A stretch of DNA of 38,382 nt, from contig PSLL01000014.1 of the NCBI GenBank assembly GCA_040289575.1, positions 1 to 38,382 of the forward strand, read 5' to 3'. This document shows positions 8,433 to 17,154 of this stretch, one piece after another. The number at the start of each line of letters is the position of its first letter. Within the stretch, counting starts at the first letter, position 1. The position numbers and the translations under genes were made by a program. Below the pieces are notes generated by a model. It saw nothing but the letters and a program-made list of their open reading frames with translations. It did no database searches and had not been told where the DNA came from. Source of the DNA: Candidatus Dadabacteria bacterium. Its GTDB lineage: Bacteria > Desulfobacterota_D > UBA1144 > Nemesobacterales > CSP1-2.

Positions 8433-8957
8433 ATGACAAACATTCTAATTGTAACCGCCTTCATTATATGTATGGCACTGCTGTTCTGGCTCGATAGAAA
8501 AGGCAGGAATGAAAAGTCTGAAGCCCAGAGAGTGTACAATGAGATTTTTAAGATATTCAACAGCGTAAAATGGGATATGTCGCTCAGTAAAATAAGAGAG
8601 ATATTTTCAGAAAAGGAATTTGTAACCTCAGAAGAGTCGGACAAAGTGATGGGGACGGGATATATGGATAAACTCGACAGCGGTCAAGATGTTTTCATAA
8701 GCTTCTACTTCCCGGAGGGTGAGGAAAGTAGGCTCGTCAGAACCGATTTCTACCTTCTAGGCATGTCTCCAAATGAATCCGCTCTTATCTTCGATAGATT
8801 CATTCAAAATCACGGAACTCCTAATGTCCAAAATGGCGCTCAACAAAAATCCGGCTTATGGTATTTAGGAAATAGCATTCTGACTGTAGATGGCTCTGAA
8901 GAAGGAGAAATCCAGATACAACTTTGGAATAGGGAGTTTTACCATAAGATTAATTAA
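8433..8957 (+). CDS. Hypothetical protein with N-terminal membrane anchor
   Basis: RBS GAGG, N-terminal TM helix, 174 aa. Confidence 0.7.
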   Translation: MTNILIVTAFIICMALLFWLDRKGRNEKSEAQRVYNEIFKIFNSVKWDMSLSKIREIFSEKEFVTSEESDKVMGTGYMDKLDSGQDVFISFYFPEGEESRLVRTDFYLLGMSPNESALIFDRFIQNHGTPNVQNGAQQKSGLWYLGNSILTVDGSEEGEIQIQLWNREFYHKIN

Positions 8958-8975
8958 TAGTGAAGGGGCTAATCA

Positions 8976-9003
8976 GTAGAGACACGTTGCGACGTGCCCC
9001 TAC
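8976..9003. repeat. REP-like GTAG palindrome
   Basis: GTAGAGACACGTTGCGACGTGCCCCTAC is an imperfect palindrome with GTAG/CTAC ends, lying between convergent genes. Confidence 0.6.
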
Positions 9004-9021
9004 GTCGTTGCGCTATTTTAA

Positions 9022-10433
9022 TCAAGCTCTGGCCTGAACCGGTTTAGCAGCCCTCCGCGCCTCTTCGGTGTTTTTGAGTCCTGTCTGGCTTGCCTGGACA
9101 AGAACGGCCATTTTACCCGAGTGCTTATTCTCATACATAATCTGATGCACCTCTGGAATCTTATCGTATGGATACGTATGAGAGAGCACGGGTTTTATAA
9201 TTCCCTTTCGCACAAGCTCATTCGCACGGAGACACTCAAGTGCATTGGCAAAGTGCGATCCGATTATACGCTTCTGATGCATCCATAGATGTCTTACATC
9301 AAACACACAGTCATACCCGGAAGTCGCTGCGCAAATCACGATCCGACCGAACCGGCTACAGACAAATACACTTGTCGGAAATGTCGCCTCACCTACGTGC
9401 TCAAAAACAATATTAGGATTTCTCCTCTCTCCTAGAATCTTCCATATAGCTTGTCCAAATCGTTTCATATCCTCAAACCGTCTTGCTTTTTCCTCTTCTG
9501 TCTCACCGTGTTTAAACATCAGATTCGGAAAATCCTTTCTATTAATTACACCCTTTGCGCCTAGTTCCATACAGAGCTCAGCCTTATCATTGGAAGAGAC
9601 AACCGCTATCGCGTCGGCACCAATCATCTTGCATATCTGAAGTGCAAAAACCCCAAGTCCCCCAGCCGCTCCCCAGACAAGCACCACTTCACTCGGCTGA
9701 ATCTGTGCCTGAGTAATCAGCATTCTATATGCGGTAAAATAGCAAAGTCCGTAAGAAGCCGCCTCTTCCCACGTAAGGTGTTCGGGCTTCGGTAGAACCT
9801 GCTGAGCCTGGACTTTTGTGAACTGGGCGAATGAGCCGTCCGGGGTTTCATAGCCCCAAATCCTCTGGCCACGGCTTGCCATTGGGTCATAGCTTATAAA
9901 ATCATAAGGGGTTTCAGTACGGGTAGTATGGGTTTCGCTCTCTATGTTGCAGTGGAGGATAACCTCATCACCCGGCTTCCAGCTCTTTACATTTGAGCCT
10001 ACCTTCCAAACGATTCCCGAGGCGTCGCTTCCCGCAATATGGTAGTTCTGCTTATGAACATCGAGCACGGAAAGGGGTTGACCGAGTCCAGCCCATATAC
10101 CGTTATAATACCAGCCGCCATAACCAAAACGAGAACCTCGTTTGGTCCAATATCAGGAACAGGCATAATCTCCTCTTTGAAAGACTCCATAGGCTCCCCA
10201 TGCCTCTCTTTACGAATCACCCAAGCACGCATCTTTTTAGGAAGAACACCTAAATCTGGAACGACTCCAAGAGGAATAGGCTCTTCAACCTCTCCTCCTC
10301 GCACCGAGTAGGCAATGCTTTCCATATCCTCAGCCTCCTTAATCGACACATTCACGGCATCCTCAATCGCCTGATCTTCATGAGTCAGATTCTTATTAGA
10401 TGTATCTTTAGATTGTTTCTTGTCCTTTGACAT
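9022..10433 (-). pseudogene. ccrA: Crotonyl-CoA carboxylase/reductase, split by one frameshift near 10105
   Basis: Motifs AWVIRKERHGEP, EVLVLVMAAG, HIAGSDASGIVW, IWGYETPDGSFAQF, VLVWGAAGGLG, LWMHQKRIIGSHFAN. The expected GINYNGIWAGLG reads GGT ATT ATAAC GGT ATA TGG, apparently 4 nt short. Confidence 0.9.
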
Positions 10434-10518
10434 AATTGCTTCTCCTTCTAGTCTTAGAAATTTTTAGAGTTTAAAATGTAACAAAGGAAGACGAGAAAAT
10501 CAAGAGAAGACCGAGTCG

Positions 10519-10550
10519 TTGACAAGGTTTCTAAACAAGGTATATATAAT
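10519..10550 (+). promoter_or_regulatory. Putative sigma70 promoter for the acyl-CoA dehydrogenase/lyase genes
   Basis: TTGACA at 10519-10524 followed 16 nt later by TATATATAAT. The exact -10 register is ambiguous. Confidence 0.45.
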
Positions 10551-10665
10551 AAAGTCTAAATTTCTAGCCATGACTAAGTGTCTTTGGTCTTGAATTCTAT
10601 GAAATAAGTAAAGTAGAACCAAGCACGCAGTTAGTGAGCGGATAAAAAACCTTGGGGGATATATT

Positions 10666-11832
10666 ATGTCTTTACTAACAGAAGAACACGAGGAGATTCG
10701 AAGGGCAGTCCGTAAATTCACGGATGAAGAGATAGTTCCGATTGCACAGGAATTAGATCGTGAGCAGAAAGAAATACCACAGAGAATTATAAAAAAGATG
10801 GCGGAGCTTGGGTATTTTGGTCTAATATTTCCACCTGAGTACGATGGAGTAGGAATGGACTACATAAGCATGGCCATTGTGGCTGAAGAGCTGAGCCGCG
10901 GGTGGCTGAGCGTGGGGAGTGTTATGACAAGAAGCATTATTACGGGTGTTCTCCTCCTTGCACACGGAACAGAAGAACAGAGGGAAAAATACCTTCCCGG
11001 AATTGCAAGAGGAGAGATTATGACTGCCGCCGCTTTTACAGAACCCGATGCAGGCTCAGACACGGGAGGGATGAAGATGCGCGCAATCAAAAAGGGGAAC
11101 GGCTACGTTCTAAACGGAGAAAAGACATGGTGTACATTTGCAAACCGTGCGCATATCCTCACAGTTATTGCCCGCACAGACCCAGACCCAAAAAAAAGAC
11201 ACAGAGGTCTCAGCATATTCCTCGTAGAGAAGGAGCCAGGCGATATTATAAAACATCCCAATATCTCCGGTGAGCCCATTCCCACAGTTGGGTATCATGG
11301 AATGCGCTCTTATGCCCTGAGTTTCGATGAGTGTTATGTTCCTGCGGAAAACCTAATCGGAATGGAGGAAAATAAAGGGTTCTATCAACTAATGTCTACA
11401 TACGAATCTGCAAGGATTCAAACGGCAGCCCGTGCCGTCGGTGTTGCGCAGGCCGCATTTGAGGCCGCGCTCAAGTACTCAAAAGAACGCGTCCAATTCG
11501 ACCAGCCTATATGCAATTTCCAGGCAATTAGGATGAAACTCTCCGAAATGGCGACGAAAATTCAGGCGGCAAGACAGCTTGTCCACTACGCCTGTTCTAT
11601 GAAAGACGAGGGTAAGCGCTGTGACCTTGAGGCCGGAATGGCAAAGGTATTTTCCGCCGAGATGGTGGAATATGTTACAAGAGAGGCTATGCAGATTTTT
11701 GGAGGCTACGGATACTCTAAGGAATATCCGGTCGAGAGGTTCTGGCGAGACGGAAGGGTAATCAGCATATTTGAAGGCACAAGTGAGATTCAGCATGAGG
11801 TCATAGCAAGGCGCCTTCTTGAACTGAGCTAA
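10666..11832 (+). CDS. mcd: Acyl-CoA dehydrogenase, probable (2S)-methylsuccinyl-CoA dehydrogenase (short form)
   Basis: ACAD motifs FTEPDAGSD, NGEKTW, QIFGGYGY, IFEGTSEIQ. Mcd-like segments EELSRGW..TRS, GYHGMRSY, YESARIQTAARAVGVAQ. Lies between ccr and ecm. Confidence 0.75.
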   Translation: MSLLTEEHEEIRRAVRKFTDEEIVPIAQELDREQKEIPQRIIKKMAELGYFGLIFPPEYDGVGMDYISMAIVAEELSRGWLSVGSVMTRSIITGVLLLAHGTEEQREKYLPGIARGEIMTAAAFTEPDAGSDTGGMKMRAIKKGNGYVLNGEKTWCTFANRAHILTVIARTDPDPKKRHRGLSIFLVEKEPGDIIKHPNISGEPIPTVGYHGMRSYALSFDECYVPAENLIGMEENKGFYQLMSTYESARIQTAARAVGVAQAAFEAALKYSKERVQFDQPICNFQAIRMKLSEMATKIQAARQLVHYACSMKDEGKRCDLEAGMAKVFSAEMVEYVTREAMQIFGGYGYSKEYPVERFWRDGRVISIFEGTSEIQHEVIARRLLELS

Positions 11833-11848
11833 AGACAACCCTTAAAAA

Positions 11849-11972
11849 ATAGCCACGAATGAATACGAATATAAGAAATCAGAATACAGGAGTCAGAATA
11901 CAGAATGAGGAATACTTCTTTAACTCCTCTATTCTGCTTTCCGATTATTTCATTTGCGCCAATTCATGGCTA
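11849..11972. repeat. Composite nested hairpin repeat
   Basis: Outer arms TAGCCACGAAT / ATTCATGGCTA enclose CAGAATACAGGAGTCAGAATACAGAAT and a degenerate complement. Related to 1-100. Confidence 0.65.
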
Positions 11973-11998
11973 ATTAACAATTAAGGAGGAAACTGATC

Positions 11999-13039
11999 GT
12001 GTTTGTTTTAGATGGAGGGAAAAGAGTCGTTGTTCCAAGAACAGAACTAACATATCCAGGGCACAACTTAAAACTTCACCAAAATGCAGCTGACCCTGTA
12101 AAATCTCCAGTTGACCATGTGATGGCAGACCTTGAAGATGCATGTCCTTATGAATTTAAGGGCGACAAAAGCAGACAGGTAATGGTTGAGGCACTCAACA
12201 ACATAGACTTTGGGAAAAAGGTTGTGACTGTAAGACCCAATAATCTTCGCTCCGAGTTCTTCTACGGCGATATGGAGGCTGTAATGAGCGGTGCGGTGGA
12301 TAAGTTCCACGGTGTAATAATCCCTAAAGTCCATGGACCTGAAGATATAAAATTAGTTTCGGATTTACTTGATGAACTTGAAGCAAAATACGGATGGAAA
12401 ACCAAGGTTGCAATTGAATCTCTTATAGAAAGGCCGCATGCACTTGAGCACGCCTTTGAAATTGCAACAGCATCCCCAAGGATGGCAGGGCTTATATTCG
12501 GAATTGCAGATTATACGGCAGAACTAGGAGGGGATCCCGACCTGCTCTTAGATAGACAGAATGAGATTTTTTATTATGAGAAAAAGGTCACAGTTACTGC
12601 GGCAAAGGCGGCGGGGCTTCATGCAATTGACAATGTTTATCTGAGAATCTGGAGAAAGGACGACCCGCCTGAGGTAGTAAAAAAGATTGACGAAGGACTT
12701 CGAAGAAAAAACGAAGGCGCGGCAGCCATTGGAATGGACGGTACGTGGATAATTCATCCACAGCAGGCTCAGATCGCAAATGAGTGCTACACCCCGACAA
12801 AGAAGCAGATTGAAGAGGCAAAGCACCAGCTTGATTTCTACCATGCACAGGGCGGGGGCTCCATGTTTGACCCGAAAACCGGACAGATGATAGATGAAGC
12901 CACGGCAAAGATAGCCCTTATGAGAATATCCAAAGCCTATATGGCGGGATTGGTTGATAAAGAATACGTTGACTCAATGGCAGAGAAGAGTAAATCAATT
13001 ACCGGCTATGACATACGCCGAGCAGGAGAGAGAAAATAA
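11999..13039 (+). CDS. CitE/HpcH-HpaI family CoA-ester lyase, probable malyl-CoA/beta-methylmalyl-CoA lyase or thioesterase
   Basis: RBS AAGGAGG with GTG start. Motifs DLEDA, TVRPN, IIPKV, LIE, LIFGIADY, GMDGTWIIHPQQ. Ethylmalonyl-CoA cluster context. Confidence 0.8.
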   Translation: MFVLDGGKRVVVPRTELTYPGHNLKLHQNAADPVKSPVDHVMADLEDACPYEFKGDKSRQVMVEALNNIDFGKKVVTVRPNNLRSEFFYGDMEAVMSGAVDKFHGVIIPKVHGPEDIKLVSDLLDELEAKYGWKTKVAIESLIERPHALEHAFEIATASPRMAGLIFGIADYTAELGGDPDLLLDRQNEIFYYEKKVTVTAAKAAGLHAIDNVYLRIWRKDDPPEVVKKIDEGLRRKNEGAAAIGMDGTWIIHPQQAQIANECYTPTKKQIEEAKHQLDFYHAQGGGSMFDPKTGQMIDEATAKIALMRISKAYMAGLVDKEYVDSMAEKSKSITGYDIRRAGERK

Positions 13040-13045
13040 TACTTA

Positions 13046-13236
13046 TTAAACATCTCTAATCCAAAGGACTTTCTCAGACTTTTTATTCTAATTCCTTATC
13101 TCTCTTTCTAACTCCCAAGGAATGTCTCCTAGGAATAAGCATTAATCTGCGTCCTGTATCAATCCACTCAACTTGAGATTTAGGTTTAAGTCTATATTTT
13201 ATTCTAAACCTTTTCGGAAATAGTTCCTGTTGCCAT
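13046..13236 (-). pseudogene. Collapsed AbrB/MazE-type antitoxin gene, possibly followed by a VapC C-terminal scrap
   Basis: ATG at 13236: MATGTISEKG then (shifted) FRIKYRLKPKSQVEWIDTGRRLMLIP..RKRDKELE*. The conserved xxxIP segment is missing. It is followed by KSEKVLWIRDV*. Confidence 0.55.
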
Positions 13237-13297
13237 CTTACTTTTTCCTTACGCTACTCTGTTTTGCGTTCAGCAACTTGCGATTGCATTTGCTTGA

Positions 13298-13580
13298 TTA
13301 CTTCTGAGGCAAATCAATTAAAACGAAACGGTCGGCAGAATATAAATAATCTTCTCCACTTTCATTAATTATATGTAAATCTCCGTCTGCTGTGGCGTCA
13401 TCATCGAGCAGCACAGGATAAATCTTGTACAACTCCAATGAAGCTGAATAACCAGAATTGTCAACACAAACAGCAAATAATGATTTAGCTTTCTTACCTA
13501 TACTGTATGCTTCATACCAATGCACTTCGGTAGTACGGTATCCTACCAGTAGAGAGGCGAACTTTAGCAATTCCTTTCAG
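13298..13580 (-). pseudogene. Fused, degenerate remnant of two small conserved hypothetical genes
   Basis: LKGIAKVRLSTGRI / RTTEVHWYEAYSIGKK runs directly into FAVCVDNSGYSASLELYKIYPVLLD..IINESGEDYLYSADRFVLIDLP. No good start or RBS. Confidence 0.55.
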
Positions 13581-13750
13581 CAAGGTAAGTATAAAACAAA
13601 ATATGAATGATGCAAGGTTGCTGATTATTATACAATAAGCGTCCCTTTCAGATCAACCGAGAGGTACAACAAAACACATTTCCCTTCCCCAACTTTTCAG
13701 ATAAAATTAGTTTTGACTGAATTATCAATTTTAAAGCGGAGGAGAAGTCC

Positions 13751-15754
13751 ATGTCTTCAAAACTCGAGGAAAAGCCGAAAAAGCAGATTAAAGACAAGCC
13801 CTGGATTATGAGGACTTATGCGGGACATACAACGGCAAAGGCATCAAATGAACTGTTCAGAAAAAATCTCGCAAAGGGGCAGACGGGGCTTAGCGTCGCA
13901 TTTGATCTTCCAACGCAGACCGGATACGACTCAGACCATCCAATTGCCGAGGGTGAGGTCGGAAAGGTAGGCGTCCCGATTTGCCACATTGAAGATATGG
14001 AAGCGCTCTTTTATCGGATTCCAATAGAGAAGATGAACACATCAATGACGATTAATGCCACCGCAGCATGGCTTCTTTCTCTATATATTGCGGTTGCCGA
14101 AAGGCGCGGGATAAATACCCTTGAGCTTCAAGGAACCACACAGAACGACATACTTAAAGAATACCTATCCCGTGGAACCTATGTCTTTCCTCCAAAGCCA
14201 TCTATGCGCCTTATTTCGGATATGATTGTCTATACGTCTAAGAAGGTCCCTAAATGGAACCCGATTAATATATGCAGCTACCATCTTCAAGAGGCGGGAG
14301 CCACACCCGTACAGGAGATTGCATTTACGCTTGCAAACGCAATTGCTGTACTTGATGCGGTTCGTGAAAGCGGTCAGATTCCGGAAGAGGAATTCCCTCA
14401 GATAGTAGAGCGTATATCCTTCTTTGTAAACGCCGGGATTCGGTTCATTGAGGAGATGTGCAAGATGAGGGCGTTTACCGAGATGTGGGATGAGCTTACT
14501 CTGAAGCGATACGGAGTCAAAGATGAGAAATATCGCCGATTCAGATACGGCGTTCAGGTAAACTCGCTTGGGCTTACAGCACAGCAGCCTGAGAACAATA
14601 TTGCAAGAATACTCCTTGAAATGCTCGCCGTAACCCTGAGCAAAAACGCCCGCGCAAGAGCGATTCAGCTCCCGGCATGGAATGAAGCCCTCGGACTCCC
14701 CCGTCCATGGGATCAGCAGTGGTCGCTCAGATTCCAGCAAATTCTAGCTTATGAAACAGACCTTCTTGAATACCCCGACATATTTGACGGCTCTCCTGTG
14801 ATTGAGGCAAAGGTCAGAGAACTCAAAGAGGCCGCATGGAGGGAGGTTGAGAAAATACAAGAGATGGGCGGAGCGCTCTCAGCGGTTGAAAAGGGATATA
14901 TGAAGATGGCTCTTGTTATGTCACACGTCGAGCGCATCCGAGCAATTGAGACCGGAGACATAAAAATCGTTGGGGTTAACTGCTTTACCGAAACCGAACC
15001 GTCGCCACTTGTAGGTTCGGTTGAAGAATCAATACAAAAGGTTGACCAAAGCGTTGTAAAAGAGCAGATAGAAAGGCTAAGGGCTTTTAAGGCAAAGAGG
15101 AAAAAAGAAGCCGTTAAGGATGCCCTTCGTGAACTTGATGAAGCCGCCAGAAGCGGGACAAATATTATGCCCGCATCAATTCGATGTGCCCATGCCGGGG
15201 TTACAACGGGTGAGTGGACAGATACACTTCGGTCGGTATTTGGCGAATACAGAGCGCCAACTGGAACTACTATTTCTCTTAAGGAAGAAACAGAAGAAAT
15301 TAGGCTTATAAGGGATGAGGTAAAAGCACTTAGAGAAAAACTGGGACGACCGCCTAAGGTGCTGATTGGAAAACCAGGTCTTGATGGCCACTCAAACGGA
15401 GCCGAACAGATAGCAGTCCGGGCAAGAGACGTGGGGATGGAGGTGCTATACCATGGAATCCGCCTTACACCCGAGGAGATTGTTGGTACCGCGGAGGAGG
15501 AGAATGTAGATATTATTGGGCTTAGCATTCTCTCCGGCTCCCACGATACGGTCATTCCAAAGATTATGAATCTCCTTAATGAAAAGGGGCTTGCGGATAT
15601 ACCCGTTGTCGCAGGAGGGATTATTCCGGATGACGATGCGAAACTCCTCATTGATGCCGGAATAAAGAGGGTCTATACACCCAAAGATTATTCATTGAAC
15701 AGAATCATGCGTGACATCGTGGAGATTGTTAAAGAGTCAAGTAGTATTAGTTGA
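13751..15754 (+). CDS. ecm: Ethylmalonyl-CoA mutase (MeaA/Ecm), B12-dependent
   Basis: Motifs PWIMRTYAGH, VAFDLPTQTGYDSDH, RFRYGVQVNSLGLT, QLPAWNEALGLPRPWDQQWSLR; C-terminal B12 motif GLDGHSNG..SILSGSH. Confidence 0.95.
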   Translation: MSSKLEEKPKKQIKDKPWIMRTYAGHTTAKASNELFRKNLAKGQTGLSVAFDLPTQTGYDSDHPIAEGEVGKVGVPICHIEDMEALFYRIPIEKMNTSMTINATAAWLLSLYIAVAERRGINTLELQGTTQNDILKEYLSRGTYVFPPKPSMRLISDMIVYTSKKVPKWNPINICSYHLQEAGATPVQEIAFTLANAIAVLDAVRESGQIPEEEFPQIVERISFFVNAGIRFIEEMCKMRAFTEMWDELTLKRYGVKDEKYRRFRYGVQVNSLGLTAQQPENNIARILLEMLAVTLSKNARARAIQLPAWNEALGLPRPWDQQWSLRFQQILAYETDLLEYPDIFDGSPVIEAKVRELKEAAWREVEKIQEMGGALSAVEKGYMKMALVMSHVERIRAIETGDIKIVGVNCFTETEPSPLVGSVEESIQKVDQSVVKEQIERLRAFKAKRKKEAVKDALRELDEAARSGTNIMPASIRCAHAGVTTGEWTDTLRSVFGEYRAPTGTTISLKEETEEIRLIRDEVKALREKLGRPPKVLIGKPGLDGHSNGAEQIAVRARDVGMEVLYHGIRLTPEEIVGTAEEENVDIIGLSILSGSHDTVIPKIMNLLNEKGLADIPVVAGGIIPDDDAKLLIDAGIKRVYTPKDYSLNRIMRDIVEIVKESSSIS

Positions 15755-15862
15755 AGAATTCGTCCTTGATTCTTCCGTCGGTTGTCTTAGAATCAACCGC
15801 GAAGCTCGTACTATATACCTTCAATCATCATTTATTCTGCTAATCAATAAAGCGGGAATGGG

Positions 15863-17140
15863 ATGAGATACAAGATACTAATTTTGGTTTTAGTCACACT
15901 AATAATCTCATCTAGCATCCTCCTAGCAAGGATTGTTATCCCCCCGATCAGTGGACCGATTATAAAAAAAGATCTCAGTTTTTATTCCAGAGCTAATCAA
16001 TCCAGCTACAGGTGGCAGAGATGAAAAGGCTCGAGAGTTTATTGATGTTTTAAGAAACGATCTTCTCAATGCCGCACTTTTTGACGTACATGATGGTAGC
16101 GGAATCAATGTAGAGAGGGAGGGAGATATTAACATTCAACCATTTTTCGATGCTGGTGCCGAAGCACTCATAATGGGTAAGTATCAATCTTCAGGAGATA
16201 CAATAACGGTTGCATTAAGGCTTTTTGATGTCGCGCAGGAAAAAGAGCTTATCGGGAGGTCTTACGAGGCCCCTCCGGGAACAGTGAGATGGGCTGCCCA
16301 TAGGTTTGCAAGCACAGTTATGAAGGAGCTTACAGGAATAGATGGGTTTTTTTAATTCAAAAATCGTTTTTGTCTCGGGCACTGAGCAGAATAAAGACCT
16401 ATTCATAATGGATTATGATGGGTATAACGTAAGACGAATTACAAACCACCATTCGCTTATTCTTTCACCGGATTGCTCACCCGATGGATCAAAGATAGTC
16501 TTCAACTCCGATAAAGTATGGAATCAGGATATATACGTGCTCAGCCTTCTTCCAAAAATAGAAGAGAAGAGACTTATACACACCGGCAGATTGGCGCAAA
16601 CCGCCGTGTGGTCTCCGGACGGAAGGAAAATAGCCTATAGCAGTGGAGATAGCGACATATTCGTGGCAAAATGCGGATGGAAGCGGGGCTGTAAATCTCA
16701 CCAATCACCCTGCGATAGACGTTTCCCCCACATGGTCTCCCGATGGAAAACAAATCGCCTTTGTTTCTGATAGGAATGGGGAGCTTCAGATTTATGTGAT
16801 GAACTCCGACGGCAGTAATCTAAGAAGGATTACCTCAGGAGGCTACAGCACCGATCCATCTTGGTCCCCCAATATCGATGTGAACAAGATAGCGTTTGTA
16901 AGAGTAGAAGGGGCTGAAGCGAATATTTATACCATAAACACTGATGGATCGGATGAGCAGAGACTGACTTCAGGTTCAGGGAGAAATGAAAATCCATCAT
17001 GGTCTCCGGACGGGCATTATATAGCCTTCAGCTCGACAAGGAACGGAGCCGAGAACATTTATATAATGTATTTTAATGGAGAGAACCAAAGGCTGCTGAC
17101 CAAAGGCGGCGGCAAGTCATTTCCAACCTGGTGCAGGTGA
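15863..17140 (+). pseudogene. tolB: TolB, interrupted by three +1 homopolymer frameshifts
   Basis: Signal peptide; TolB-N (VLRNDL..LFD, AHRFA..ELTG..GFF); PD40 repeats (WSPDG). Removing one base each from A7 (15964-70), T7 (16347-53) and A4 (16668-71) restores a single frame. Confidence 0.88.
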
Positions 17141-17154
17141 TTATCTTGGAATTG

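Noticed and set aside
13580..13750. Cobalamin riboswitch upstream of B12-dependent ecm
   Set aside because: No recognisable B12-box or GGGAA..GCCACTG elements.
14749..15651. 300-aa antisense ORF, plus similar shadow ORFs over ccr, mcd, M16, ilv, recA and 37384-38016
   Set aside because: They lie opposite or within well-supported genes, have Ser/Pro/Ile-biased composition typical of antisense frames, and show no motifs.
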